Shown in pieces: positions 9,098-18,628 of a stretch of 64,000 bases of DNA (its first letter is position 1; every line of letters begins with the position of its first letter). Source of the DNA: Patescibacteria group bacterium (GTDB lineage Bacteria; Patescibacteriota; Patescibacteriia; JACQRZ01); assembly GCA_038065125.1 (NCBI GenBank), contig JBBTRP010000006.1, forward strand, positions 172-64,171, written 5' to 3'. Under the pieces are notes generated by a model. The model worked only from the letters and a program-made list of their open reading frames with translations, had not been told where the DNA came from and made no database searches. The translations under genes and the position numbers were made by a program.

Positions 9098-9143
9098 GAG
9101 GTCACATCCGTGAGGTCACGGGTTCGATCCGCGGGTCTGGGGA
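9098..9143 (+). other. degenerate duplicate of the tRNA-Val 3' half (anticodon loop to T-arm), not a complete tRNA
   Basis: cacatcCgtgaggtcaCGggttcgaTCcgCGGgtctgggg aligns to cacatcGgtgaggtcaGAggttcgaGTccTCTaacgccca of the upstream tRNA. Confidence 0.4.
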
Positions 9144-9151
9144 TTGTATTG

Positions 9152-10999
9152 TCAATTTTTTACTTCTTGAGTTGTGATCTGAATGAGGGCTTCGCAGGCG
9201 GCGCTGGCATTATTCCCGGCGCATTCTTTTTTGATATTTTCAAGCGCTGACATCAAGTTCGCTTGCCGCTCTGATCCGTGAAGCCGCGCAATAAAGATTT
9301 TTTCTAACGGGGTGGGAATCTCGCCGGCAATTAGGAGTTCTTCGGAGAGGCGCTCTCCCGGGCGGGGAGCGGTCGTGATGATTTGAATATCGATTTCAGG
9401 TTGATAGCCCGCAAGGCGGATCATTTCAGTGGCAAGGTCGCACACTTTGACGGGCGTGCCCATGTCAAGGCAGAAAATTTCCCCGTTTCCCGAGAGCGCT
9501 CCGGCTTGTAGGACCAGGAGGCACGCCTCTGATGTCACCATAAAGTATCGCTGCATGTCCGGGTGTGTAATTTCTACCGGGCCACCTTTTTTGATTTGCT
9601 CTCGGAAGATTTCTATCACGTTACCTTGTGAGTCAAGGACATTACCAAAGCGCACGGCGCAAAATGAGGTTTTGCCCGGCCCGGTTCCGTGGAGCTCGAC
9701 GCAGAGCATCTCCCCGACGCGTTTGGTGCGACCCATGACTGAGACCGGTCTGACCGCCTTGTCAGTCGAGATGAAAATGAATTTTTCCGCCGCATGTTCA
9801 ATCGAAGCACGCGCAACGGAGAGCGTACCGAAGATATTGTTTTTGATCGCCTCCAGGGGGTTTTCTTCCATCACCGGTACGTGCTTGTACGCGGCGGCGT
9901 GGAATACGATCTGGGGTTGCCGCTCGCTAAAGATCGCCGCGATTCGACCCTCATCACACACGTCCGTAACGATTCCGGCAAAGGGAGCATGGGGAAGTTT
10001 TTCCCGAATCGAACGGGAAAGATAAAACATTGCCGTCTCATTCTGATCAATGCCGATGACGGATTGTGGATGAAACGCGAGTAATTCGCGGATAAGCTGC
10101 GAGCCGATCGAGCCGGCGGCGCCAGTCACCAAGATCCTCTTGCCCTGAATAAAATCGCGCATAAGCCGTGTGTCGATTTTGACGGACTCGCGTCCCAGCA
10201 AATCTTCGATAGAAATGTCGCGAATAGTGGAGAGCGTTACCCGCCCTCCTATAACATCTTCGAGCGAGGGAAGGACTTTGAGGCGTGCAATATCGACCTG
10301 CTGTTCGCGTGCCGCGGCGATACATTTACGGATCTGTGGGTTTTCCGTTGCAAGAAGGACTTCGTCGATCGAGTACAACCGGAAGAGACGACCGAGATCT
10401 CCAAGTGTGCCGAGGACCGGGATGCCGTGGATCGTGGTGTGCTGTTTCACATTACTACCATCGAGAAAGCCGACCAGATGGTAGGTCGCGCTCATTAGGA
10501 GCGAGCGCGCAAGCTGCGCGGCGGCGTCCTCGGCGCCGATAATAAGGACTCTTTTCCCCGTGCGGTAGCGTCGCACGTCCCGTATCATTCGCTTGAGAAT
10601 TCGTACCGAACCCAAAAGGACAATCGAGAGGAGAAAATTCAGGAGCAGTGTCGAGCGAGGGAAGCTTTCGATGACGCCATAATCGCGGAGTACAAAGACG
10701 GTGAGAAGCTCGAGAAGCGTTACCAGGAGAACTCCTTTCAGGAGTTGGTACAAGTCTCTGATACTTACGAAAGAGAGATTGATGGTGTAGAGTTTTTGCC
10801 ACAAAAAAATCGGAATTGAGTAGGCGACATTCAGTGCGGAAAGGAGCACAAGGTTTCGCGTGAATATAGGGGGAAGAGCACCGTCGAAGCGCACGAGGAA
10901 GGCGGCAAGAGCCGCGACGCAGACGAGAAAAATATCGGCAGCGATAAATAGCGCATACCGATAAGGCGGTCGGGACAGGGTTGAATACAGTGAACTCAT
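9152..10999 (-). CDS. membrane-bound CapD/PglF/WbpM-family UDP-N-acetylglucosamine 4,6-dehydratase
   Basis: 4 N-terminal TM helices. Two Rossmann domains (ILVTGAAGSIGSQL, HAAAYKHVP, YxxxK context). Confidence 0.85.
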   Translation of the reverse strand: MSSLYSTLSRPPYRYALFIAADIFLVCVAALAAFLVRFDGALPPIFTRNLVLLSALNVAYSIPIFLWQKLYTINLSFVSIRDLYQLLKGVLLVTLLELLTVFVLRDYGVIESFPRSTLLLNFLLSIVLLGSVRILKRMIRDVRRYRTGKRVLIIGAEDAAAQLARSLLMSATYHLVGFLDGSNVKQHTTIHGIPVLGTLGDLGRLFRLYSIDEVLLATENPQIRKCIAAAREQQVDIARLKVLPSLEDVIGGRVTLSTIRDISIEDLLGRESVKIDTRLMRDFIQGKRILVTGAAGSIGSQLIRELLAFHPQSVIGIDQNETAMFYLSRSIREKLPHAPFAGIVTDVCDEGRIAAIFSERQPQIVFHAAAYKHVPVMEENPLEAIKNNIFGTLSVARASIEHAAEKFIFISTDKAVRPVSVMGRTKRVGEMLCVELHGTGPGKTSFCAVRFGNVLDSQGNVIEIFREQIKKGGPVEITHPDMQRYFMVTSEACLLVLQAGALSGNGEIFCLDMGTPVKVCDLATEMIRLAGYQPEIDIQIITTAPRPGERLSEELLIAGEIPTPLEKIFIARLHGSERQANLMSALENIKKECAGNNASAACEALIQITTQEVKN

Positions 11000-11970
11000 A
11001 GGAAACGGTAGAGAGCGAGTCCGCAGACTACAAGCGCGGCCTGAATACCATAGAGAATGAAGAGCGTTTTTTTGATCGAACCAACACGCCGGTGTAGCGC
11101 GTCATAGAAATGATCGCGATCCGCGAGGAGCGGCACCTGTTTTTTGAGCGTTCTTCGAATTATTATATAAATGCAATTCACGAGCGGCAAGCCGACCACC
11201 AAGAGGAGCGAGAGGATAAGAAGCGGGGAGAGAATCTTCAATGCAAAAAACATTTGAACACTGACGAGAAAGCCGAACAGATAGCTCCCATTATCACCGA
11301 GAAAAATCGATGCGGGGGGAAAGTTATGTAGAAGAAATCCAAGAGCCGCTCCGCCGGTTAGCGCCGCGATAATCATTCCAAGCGCATTTTGCTCGTGAAG
11401 GAATATGACGAAAAACCCAAGCGATGAGAGAGCCACCAATCCCGCCAGGAGACCGTCAAGTCCGTCGATAATGTTACTTGCGTTGATAAGGGTAATGAGA
11501 AGTACCGCGCCAATGAGTGACCCAACAAGGGTTGAGGTGGAAAGGATGACTCCTGCGTCGGCACTCATGAGGAGGACACTCGCAAGAGTGGCCATCACAA
11601 TTTGAGATACAATTTTTTGCAAAAGTGCAGGGGTACTTCGAACTTGCCACTTAAGGTCGTCCCACAGTCCAAAAAGCCACACGACGATGCCGGCAAGAAA
11701 AACAGTCCAGAGCGTGGGTGAGGCGTATAAAACTCCAAAAACTCCAAATGTTTCAGCGAGGGTGCTGCCAAGAGCAACTGCCGCAATACTGACGAGAATC
11801 GCAAGGCCGCCAAGGAATGGGATGGGTTTGTTATGGATCTTGAGGCCGTCGTTGGCCGGGTTGTCCGTGAAATTAAATAATCGCGCACCTCGCTTGATGA
11901 GAGGCAAAACGGCTGCGCATACCAAACCCCCCAGAAGGAATATCAGGCCCAGAAGTACCGGAAATGTCAT
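10996..11970 (-). CDS. polyprenyl-phosphate HexNAc-1-phosphate transferase (WecA/MraY family initiating transferase)
   Basis: Polytopic, about 10 TM. MraY/WecA motifs (NFTDNPANDGLKIHNKPIPFLGGLAI, NASNIIDGLDGL). 4-bp overlap with upstream gene. Confidence 0.8.
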   Translation of the reverse strand: MTFPVLLGLIFLLGGLVCAAVLPLIKRGARLFNFTDNPANDGLKIHNKPIPFLGGLAILVSIAAVALGSTLAETFGVFGVLYASPTLWTVFLAGIVVWLFGLWDDLKWQVRSTPALLQKIVSQIVMATLASVLLMSADAGVILSTSTLVGSLIGAVLLITLINASNIIDGLDGLLAGLVALSSLGFFVIFLHEQNALGMIIAALTGGAALGFLLHNFPPASIFLGDNGSYLFGFLVSVQMFFALKILSPLLILSLLLVVGLPLVNCIYIIIRRTLKKQVPLLADRDHFYDALHRRVGSIKKTLFILYGIQAALVVCGLALYRFL

Positions 11971-13196
11971 TGGTTGGTGATAAGTTTCAAGGCGTTACTG
12001 TAGGTTTCTGCAAGAGCTTCCCGGGTATAGTGCGCGGTCACAAACGAATATCCATTGCGACCCAGCTCTTCGCCCTTCTCGCGGTTACCGGCGAGAAAAA
12101 GGATTTTTTCCTTTAAATCATGAGGATTTTCCGGTTCGCAGAATACACCCGCGTGTGCCCCTTGTACCACAAGATCGCGCGCGGCACCGTCGATTGCGAG
12201 GATGACGGGCCTTGAACAGGCCATATAGTCAAAGACCTTATTCGGATAAACCGTCTTAAAAATATCAAGTTTTTTGAGTACCGCAAGCCCCGCATCGCAC
12301 GCCTCAATCATGTCGGCAATTTTTTCTTTCGGCATGGGATCGAGGAAGGCGACCTGTTTTAGTCCTTCTCGCTGTGCGCGATCCTGGAGTTCCTTCTTTT
12401 TCATGCCCTCGCCCATGAGCAGAAAAACAATATCCGCGCGGTCCTTGAGCAGCGCGGCGGCGTCAAGAATCTGGTCAAGGTGGTTCGCGATACCATGCGC
12501 ACCGATATAGAGTACTGTATATGCGTTCTCGATCCCGAGACGCTGTCGCATAATCTCGCGGGGCGTAGTGACGCGAAGTAAGTCCATATCCGCACCGTTG
12601 GGGAGGAGGATGATTTTTTCGCGCGGAACCTTCTTTTCGTCGATGAGCTTGTCGCGGAATGCTGGAGTAAGTACGGGAATTAGTGACGCTGCAAGGTACA
12701 GTTTTTTTTCGAGCCACAGCGCAGTGGCGATGAGAAAACGGTTTTTGAGGACCCCGACCTCGATAGCGGACTCCGGCCAGAGGTCGCGTACTTCAAAAAC
12801 CAACGGGATACGCCATCTCCAACTTGCAAGAAGCCCCGGTATGCCGACATGCAGGGGTGGCGAGGTCGCGATCACCACATCGGGCGTGCCGGCCATAAGC
12901 ACGCCAACACTCGCGCTCACGGTAAAAGAGAGATATCCCCACATGCGGCCTAAGAAATTTTTATTGTACGCATCAGAGACGAATGTGCGGATTAATGTGA
13001 CGTCATTATCTTTTTCAATTGCAATAAGTTTTCCGCGGTATTTTTGCGGCTTCGTGCCGGTCAGATAGTGCGCCATGCCACAGACCACCGTGACAGTGTG
13101 CCCCTCACGCGTCCAATATTTTGCAAACTGATTGAAGCGCGAAATCCCCGCACCGCCCTGCTCAAGATAGTATTGGTGGATGATAAGGATCTTCAT
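11967..13196 (-). CDS. glycosyltransferase family 4 (WbuB-like)
   Basis: GT-B fold. N-terminal MKILIIHQYY, C-terminal EGxxxxxxE region. Confidence 0.8.
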   Translation of the reverse strand: MKILIIHQYYLEQGGAGISRFNQFAKYWTREGHTVTVVCGMAHYLTGTKPQKYRGKLIAIEKDNDVTLIRTFVSDAYNKNFLGRMWGYLSFTVSASVGVLMAGTPDVVIATSPPLHVGIPGLLASWRWRIPLVFEVRDLWPESAIEVGVLKNRFLIATALWLEKKLYLAASLIPVLTPAFRDKLIDEKKVPREKIILLPNGADMDLLRVTTPREIMRQRLGIENAYTVLYIGAHGIANHLDQILDAAALLKDRADIVFLLMGEGMKKKELQDRAQREGLKQVAFLDPMPKEKIADMIEACDAGLAVLKKLDIFKTVYPNKVFDYMACSRPVILAIDGAARDLVVQGAHAGVFCEPENPHDLKEKILFLAGNREKGEELGRNGYSFVTAHYTREALAETYSNALKLITNQ

Positions 13197-15118
13197 ACCC
13201 TGCCTGCCTTCTCAATAAAAATTTGATGCCAAAGTGAGAAGGTGATGAGCGACCAGAGCTGATAGCTCGTGTCCCCGATATCTCGCTCGTGTGCACTCAC
13301 GAGCTGCTGGACTGCTGCAGCGTTGAAGTACTGCATCGATGGACGGTTGGGGGAGAGGAGGTCTGACCCGAGCTCCTGGAGCGATTTTTTCCACGATCGG
13401 ATCGGAAGCGCGAAACCGGTTTTTTTCTGATACACCAGATCCCTGGGAAGCGTTGCTTCCGCGAATTTTTTTACCACATATTTCCCCTCCACACCTCTCA
13501 ACTTGAATTGGAGGGGCAGCGAGAATGCAAACTCGATAATATCGCGGTCAAGAAACGGCGAGCGGACCTCGCAGCCCGATGCCATGCTCATCTTGTCGGT
13601 GTACATGAGGTTGTGCTCCGGGAGGAATGTCTTGAAGTCCGTGTAGAGTTGCCGCGTGAGAAGATCACGACTCCCAAAGCGTGCGAAGTGCCGACGTTTT
13701 GACGCGAGGGTGTCGAGAGGCACGACAGGCCTTGCAAGTAGATGCCCGACCTCCGAATCGGTCAGCCAAGCAGTGAGTCCCAGACTTCGCTCGTCGCGCG
13801 GGAGCACCAGGAATTTTCCCTTACGGACGAGATAGCGAATCCAGGAGTTGGTGTGGCTCAAGCGTTCCAAGGCGGGCGAACCTACCGAGAGTGCGATTTT
13901 GACGAGCGGATTTACGAGACACTGGACAGCGTCCAGGTTCCGGAGCTTCCAGGCCATGAGATAGTGATTGTATCCGGCAAAAAGTTCATCGCTTCCCATT
14001 CCCGAGAGAAGCACGGTGATGCCGCCGCGGCGCGCTTCACGGCAGATGAGATACGCGTTGATTTCGGCAGGATCCGTGATCGGTTCATCAAGGTGCCAAA
14101 TAACGCTGGGTAGGAGCTCGAGGAGATTCGGTTCGAGAATGAGCTCTCGATAGTCGATCCGAGGCCCGAGAAGATTTTTGAGTTGTCGAGCAAAAACAAG
14201 TTCGTTTTTTCCCGCAGTGTCCCGGTGTGTGTCGACTGCGCGAAACCCGGTGGTGAAGGAGACCAGAGGCTCATCGGTGAATTCGCAGGCGTGTCGGACA
14301 ATAAGACTTGAGTCTAGTCCGCCCGAAAGAAAGGCGCCGACTTTCACGTCTGCAATCATATGACGTTTGACTGCCGAGCCAAACAGACGTCCGAACTCGT
14401 CGACTGCATCAGTGAACGTGCCGGAGAACGGCGTCACTCGCTCAAGGGGATTCCACCACTCCTTGAGTGTCACGGTCCCGTCTTTCCACAAAAGAGAATG
14501 GGCTGCGGGGAGCTTGAAGATTCCCTCAAACATAGTGCCGGGTTCGTGCACGCGCAGGGAGGCGAGGTACCCCGGGATTGCAGTAGTGTTGACGCGAGGA
14601 GAGACGAGGCCGGATGCAAGGATCGCCTTGATCTCGGATGCCCACACGAGACTGCCGTCCGGCAGGTGTGAGTAGTACAAAGGTTTTTGGCCGGTATGAT
14701 CGCGCGCAAGGAGCAGCGTATTCTCGCGTTGATCCCAGAGCGCAAGCGCGAACATGCCGTTGAATTTGGACAGCGCGTCCGCGCCCCACGCTCTGACGCT
14801 TTCCACAATAACCTCGGTATCCGATCTAGAGCGGAACGTGTGTCCGAGGTGCTCAAGGTCCGCTTTGATTTCTCGGAAGTTATAAAGCTCACCGTTGTAG
14901 GTGATCCAGAGTTTTTGTGACTCGTCGCTCATCGGCTGGTGTCCCGCTGGGGAGAGATCGAGAATTGCCAGACGGCGCATGCCCAGGAAGACGTTCCATT
15001 CGCCCGCACGGCGCACGACGGTGCCGCGGTCGTCGGGGCCACGATGCGCGATGCGATCCGTCATCGCATCGATAGGTACGGTGTTATTTTTTGTAATTGC
15101 TCCGACGATGCCGCACAT
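13193..15118 (-). CDS. asparagine synthetase B-like glutamine-dependent amidotransferase (WbpS-like)
   Basis: MCGIVG N-terminal nucleophile Cys. SGGLDSS PP-loop. Confidence 0.85.
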   Translation of the reverse strand: MCGIVGAITKNNTVPIDAMTDRIAHRGPDDRGTVVRRAGEWNVFLGMRRLAILDLSPAGHQPMSDESQKLWITYNGELYNFREIKADLEHLGHTFRSRSDTEVIVESVRAWGADALSKFNGMFALALWDQRENTLLLARDHTGQKPLYYSHLPDGSLVWASEIKAILASGLVSPRVNTTAIPGYLASLRVHEPGTMFEGIFKLPAAHSLLWKDGTVTLKEWWNPLERVTPFSGTFTDAVDEFGRLFGSAVKRHMIADVKVGAFLSGGLDSSLIVRHACEFTDEPLVSFTTGFRAVDTHRDTAGKNELVFARQLKNLLGPRIDYRELILEPNLLELLPSVIWHLDEPITDPAEINAYLICREARRGGITVLLSGMGSDELFAGYNHYLMAWKLRNLDAVQCLVNPLVKIALSVGSPALERLSHTNSWIRYLVRKGKFLVLPRDERSLGLTAWLTDSEVGHLLARPVVPLDTLASKRRHFARFGSRDLLTRQLYTDFKTFLPEHNLMYTDKMSMASGCEVRSPFLDRDIIEFAFSLPLQFKLRGVEGKYVVKKFAEATLPRDLVYQKKTGFALPIRSWKKSLQELGSDLLSPNRPSMQYFNAAAVQQLVSAHERDIGDTSYQLWSLITFSLWHQIFIEKAGRV

Positions 15119-15124
15119 ACTGGG

Positions 15125-15152
15125 TAGCCGTTAGCTTTTAGCCGTTAGCTTT
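15125..15152. repeat. perfect 14-bp tandem duplication (TAGCCGTTAGCTTT)x2 at the SDR stop codon / asnB-like start junction
   Basis: Read directly: tagccgttagcttt tagccgttagcttt tagctggg. Confidence 0.8.
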
Positions 15153-16079
15153 TAGCTGGGAATAATAATCTCGCCAATACTGGAGGAGGTGGGGGAGGGT
15201 GTTGTTGAGGAAATCGAATTGAGGGTGCCAGCCGGTTTCGCGCGTCAGTTTTTCGTGCGACCCGACACTGACTGAAGGCTCTCCGGATACGGACTCACAA
15301 ATCTCGATGGGCACCTTCGCAAGCCCAACCGCCGCCTGAGCGATCTGGCGGATCGAGAGCTGACGACCTGAGCAGACATTAAAGATGTCACCTTTCATTT
15401 CGTGCTCCAGAAGGAGCTGATACGCAGACACCACGTCTCCAACATCGAGATAATCGCGCAGATTCTCTGGATTTTCAATATGAATAATCGGCTTGCGCAA
15501 GCCTTGTTCGATCTGCGCTATCTGCTGTAAAAGACTACTCACGAATGTGATCGGTTTTTGTCCACCTCCCGAATGTTGGAACGGGCGTACTATGGTGAGT
15601 GGTATTTGATGTCGATCGGCAAAAAATTTCGCACAGCACTCCGCACCGTATTTACTGAGCGCATAGGGTGTGTCAAGCGAGAGGAGCGACTCCTCAGCGA
15701 TTGGGTCTGGGGAAGGGGAGTACACGGCAGATGAACTTACCAAAATGACGCCAGTGTGTGCAGTTCTGCACGCATCAAGCACGGCAAGAGTTCCTTCGAT
15801 ATTCGTCTCAATGGTTACTTGAGCACCCTGAACGGTTCTTGATGAGGGTCCGTGCGCGGCGGCAAGGTGAATCACGGTGTCGGGCTTCAGGTCAGAGACG
15901 ATACGCGAAACGCCTGAGGCGTCAGTGACGGAGCAGTTAAATGTCTGACCGCGCAGGAGAGCGGGCGGATGCGAATCTTTTCGCGTAATACCAAACACCT
16001 CATACCCCGAAGCAATCAAAGAAGCGGCAAGATGCCTCCCCACGAATCCATTCACTCCGGTAATCAGTATTTTTTTCAT
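15138..16079 (-). CDS. NAD-dependent sugar epimerase/dehydratase (extended SDR)
   Basis: ILITGVNGFVGRHL glycine-rich motif. YxxxK (YALSKYGAE). Confidence 0.8.
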   Translation of the reverse strand: MKKILITGVNGFVGRHLAASLIASGYEVFGITRKDSHPPALLRGQTFNCSVTDASGVSRIVSDLKPDTVIHLAAAHGPSSRTVQGAQVTIETNIEGTLAVLDACRTAHTGVILVSSSAVYSPSPDPIAEESLLSLDTPYALSKYGAECCAKFFADRHQIPLTIVRPFQHSGGGQKPITFVSSLLQQIAQIEQGLRKPIIHIENPENLRDYLDVGDVVSAYQLLLEHEMKGDIFNVCSGRQLSIRQIAQAAVGLAKVPIEICESVSGEPSVSVGSHEKLTRETGWHPQFDFLNNTLPHLLQYWRDYYSQLKANG

Positions 16080-16897
16080 TTCTTCATTTCTCGTTCATTC
16101 AACTCCTTGAGTTTAATCGAAATATGAAACTCCTGGATACCACGCAATATGCAAAACACAAATCCCGGATAGCCGTCCAGAAAACCCCGTTGGATGACGT
16201 ACATAATGAAGAAGCGTAAAAAGGGCCTCCCCGGCAGCCGGTAAAAAATATTTTTTAGCGCGCGTTTTTGCTCGACCGGATTTCGGGAAAAAAGTGAACC
16301 GTCGAGCGTCTCGGTTGGGCGTATGCGTTCTGTCGCCTCAAGCGATGAGTAGCGGTTATGTTTTTTAATCCACGCCTCCAGTCCTTTATGATCCTCGTGA
16401 ATGAGGTCTTTGGCGATATAGCCGACCGACCCGGACGGAATCATATGCTCGTCAACGCCGCGGTCTTCATACCGCGCCGCGCTTTTTTTGAAGAAGCGAA
16501 GACTCCACGACGGATACCATCCCGCGTGACGGATCCATCGGCCGAGAAAATAAAAACGTCGGTTGACATACCAGCATTCAGGGCTTAAAGAGTCGCTAGT
16601 AACACGGACGAGCTCATCGCGCAGCTCTGGAGTGATGCACTCATCAGCGTCAAGAATAAAGATCCACTCGCCAGTGAACGGGAGGGTATCAAGTGCCCAA
16701 TTTTTTTGTTTTGCATACCCGTCAAACTGCCGCTGAACCAGGTGTGTGTTTGAAAAACTCTTTACAATGTCTGGCGTGGCATCCGAACTGAAGTTATCAA
16801 CGACGAAAATTTCATCCGCCCATGCGCAACTCTCCAGCGCATGACGGATATTTGTTTCTTCATTATAACTTTGGATGAGAACCGAGATTCTGTTCAT
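16076..16897 (-). CDS. glycosyltransferase family 2
   Basis: SVLIQSYNEE..VVDNFSSD..ILDADE (DxD) GT-A motifs. Confidence 0.8.
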   Translation of the reverse strand: MNRISVLIQSYNEETNIRHALESCAWADEIFVVDNFSSDATPDIVKSFSNTHLVQRQFDGYAKQKNWALDTLPFTGEWIFILDADECITPELRDELVRVTSDSLSPECWYVNRRFYFLGRWIRHAGWYPSWSLRFFKKSAARYEDRGVDEHMIPSGSVGYIAKDLIHEDHKGLEAWIKKHNRYSSLEATERIRPTETLDGSLFSRNPVEQKRALKNIFYRLPGRPFLRFFIMYVIQRGFLDGYPGFVFCILRGIQEFHISIKLKELNEREMKK

Positions 16898-17508
16898 AGC
16901 TTGACCCCAAAGGCGATAGTGTCCATCCAGAGAGGCGCAAAGCGACCAATATGGCGAAATGCGGGCGCAAGACCGCGCTTACGTAAAAGATTGTGCAGCG
17001 CCCGGTCAGAAAAAAAACGGATATGCGGTCCGGTGACGTCAAAGTGCTTATCGAATCCAATTAGTGCGAGAATGAAATTTTTTACATACCCGTGAAATGG
17101 AGTTGTGATGAAGAAAAATCCGCCGGGCGCAAGTACCCGAGCAATCTCCGTGACGAATTGCTCGGTATCATACACATGCTCAATCACTTCCGCGCAAAAA
17201 ATTGCGTCAAATTGTCCTGGCGCGTAGGGGAGTGTGCCGTTCGATCGAATGAGATCGAACGAGATATGAGGAAACGATGTTTGTGCTTTGCGAATGGCAG
17301 TTTCGGATAGGTCGACGCCGGAAATATTAAAACCAAGTTTTCCGATACGGTCAGTGAGCGCACCATCGCCGCAACCGATGTCGAGAATTGATTGCGGCCT
17401 ACTCTGCTGAATATGATTCAGAAATAAAGACAACCGAATTGGAGAAAGAGGGTCATTTTCCGGCGGGGCTTCGTGTTGCCAATAGGTGTTATAGTACTCT
17501 CTGCTCAT
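16894..17508 (-). CDS. class I SAM-dependent methyltransferase
   Basis: ILDIGCGDGALT motif I. Methyltransf_11-like order. Confidence 0.8.
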   Translation of the reverse strand: MSREYYNTYWQHEAPPENDPLSPIRLSLFLNHIQQSRPQSILDIGCGDGALTDRIGKLGFNISGVDLSETAIRKAQTSFPHISFDLIRSNGTLPYAPGQFDAIFCAEVIEHVYDTEQFVTEIARVLAPGGFFFITTPFHGYVKNFILALIGFDKHFDVTGPHIRFFSDRALHNLLRKRGLAPAFRHIGRFAPLWMDTIAFGVKL

Positions 17509-18628
17509 ATGAAGAAAATAATTCTAAAATCCTTGAAACATGATCATCCCATCGAAAATAGTGAATCCGCTCTTGAGTTTTGCGGATGAGCTGATCTTGG
17601 AGTCCCTTATTCAATGCGAGCTCCCGTATTGTACGTGCCCAGGCGCTTGAATCAAGAGGTGAAACATAGAGCGCGGCATCAGCGCACAGCTCGCGGTTGA
17701 CGGGAAGATCCGAGCAAACAATCGGCAGGCCCGCCGCCATCGCCTCAATGAGAGGGTGTCCGAACGACTCGGCAAGCGAAGGCCAAACGAAAATATCTGC
17801 ATCCGCATAGAGTGCCGGCAGTTGCGGGGGTGGGAGGGGTCCCAGCGCATTCAGTGAGTCTCCCAGAGCCTTCATAAGGTCGAGGTCGTGGCTGGCGGTT
17901 GGAACCGTTTTGAAGAGGGGGAGCGATGGATCAATCGTCGCGGTCAATAAAAACTGCAAGGAGCCCTCGTTTTTGAGCCTCAGAAGGCCTTCCAGAAGCG
18001 AGGAGTAGTTTTTATAGTCCGAATAATGGCTGGTACATAAAATTCGCACCGGCGTACGTAGTGGCACTGTATTTCTGGAAAATGCACTTGGGTCTGTCCC
18101 ATACCAGTTTATGCTCGTCCTGACTGAGTCAACGGGTTTTGGCGTGAAAAAATCTTGTTGGAGGCTCGCAGTCGGGAATAGTGTATGTGTGGCAATTTTC
18201 TGGGAGGCGCTGATCAGGAGCGAACGCAGTGTAAACGTGAGGCGACTCGACAGAGATTTTTTTCGAAGAATGTGAGTTTTGTAGAGCTCTGAGAAGTACA
18301 GCGGGATGCGCACCAAGAGGATTTGAGGACAGGGAGAAAAAAAAGTTGCGAAATTCGCCGTTGAGTAGAGAAGATCGAATTTTTCTTTCCATAGGAGAAT
18401 TGGCAGTGTGATTTGTTGCCACAAAAAAATTCGAATAGGTGACTCGCATATACTCGCGTCGACAATTGCCAGCCGAATATTTTTTGCTGCACAGTCCACA
18501 ACTCCTTGTCGCACGACGATGGTGATTTCGTGTCCACGGGGGCGAGCATCCAGCTCGCGGATGAGCCGCTCAAGATACGTGAGCGCGCCCCCCATCCGCG
18601 CCGAAGTCGCGTTAATCAAGATTCTCAT
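17489..18628 (-). CDS. glycosyltransferase family 4
   Basis: C-terminal GT-B motif (FVWPSLAESFGHPLIEAMAAGLPIV). ATG at 18628 forms an ATGA overlap with the upstream gene's stop. The ORF-track start at 18646 is a TTG with no SD. Confidence 0.75.
   Translation of the reverse strand: MRILINATSARMGGALTYLERLIRELDARPRGHEITIVVRQGVVDCAAKNIRLAIVDASICESPIRIFLWQQITLPILLWKEKFDLLYSTANFATFFSPCPQILLVRIPLYFSELYKTHILRKKSLSSRLTFTLRSLLISASQKIATHTLFPTASLQQDFFTPKPVDSVRTSINWYGTDPSAFSRNTVPLRTPVRILCTSHYSDYKNYSSLLEGLLRLKNEGSLQFLLTATIDPSLPLFKTVPTASHDLDLMKALGDSLNALGPLPPPQLPALYADADIFVWPSLAESFGHPLIEAMAAGLPIVCSDLPVNRELCADAALYVSPLDSSAWARTIRELALNKGLQDQLIRKTQERIHYFRWDDHVSRILELFSSYEQRVL

Noticed and set aside
9087-9151. Possibility of a second complete tRNA downstream of tRNA-Val
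   Set aside because: Only about 50 nt are available and only the 3' half resembles a tRNA. No acceptor or D-arm can be formed. It is treated as a degenerate repeat or scar instead.
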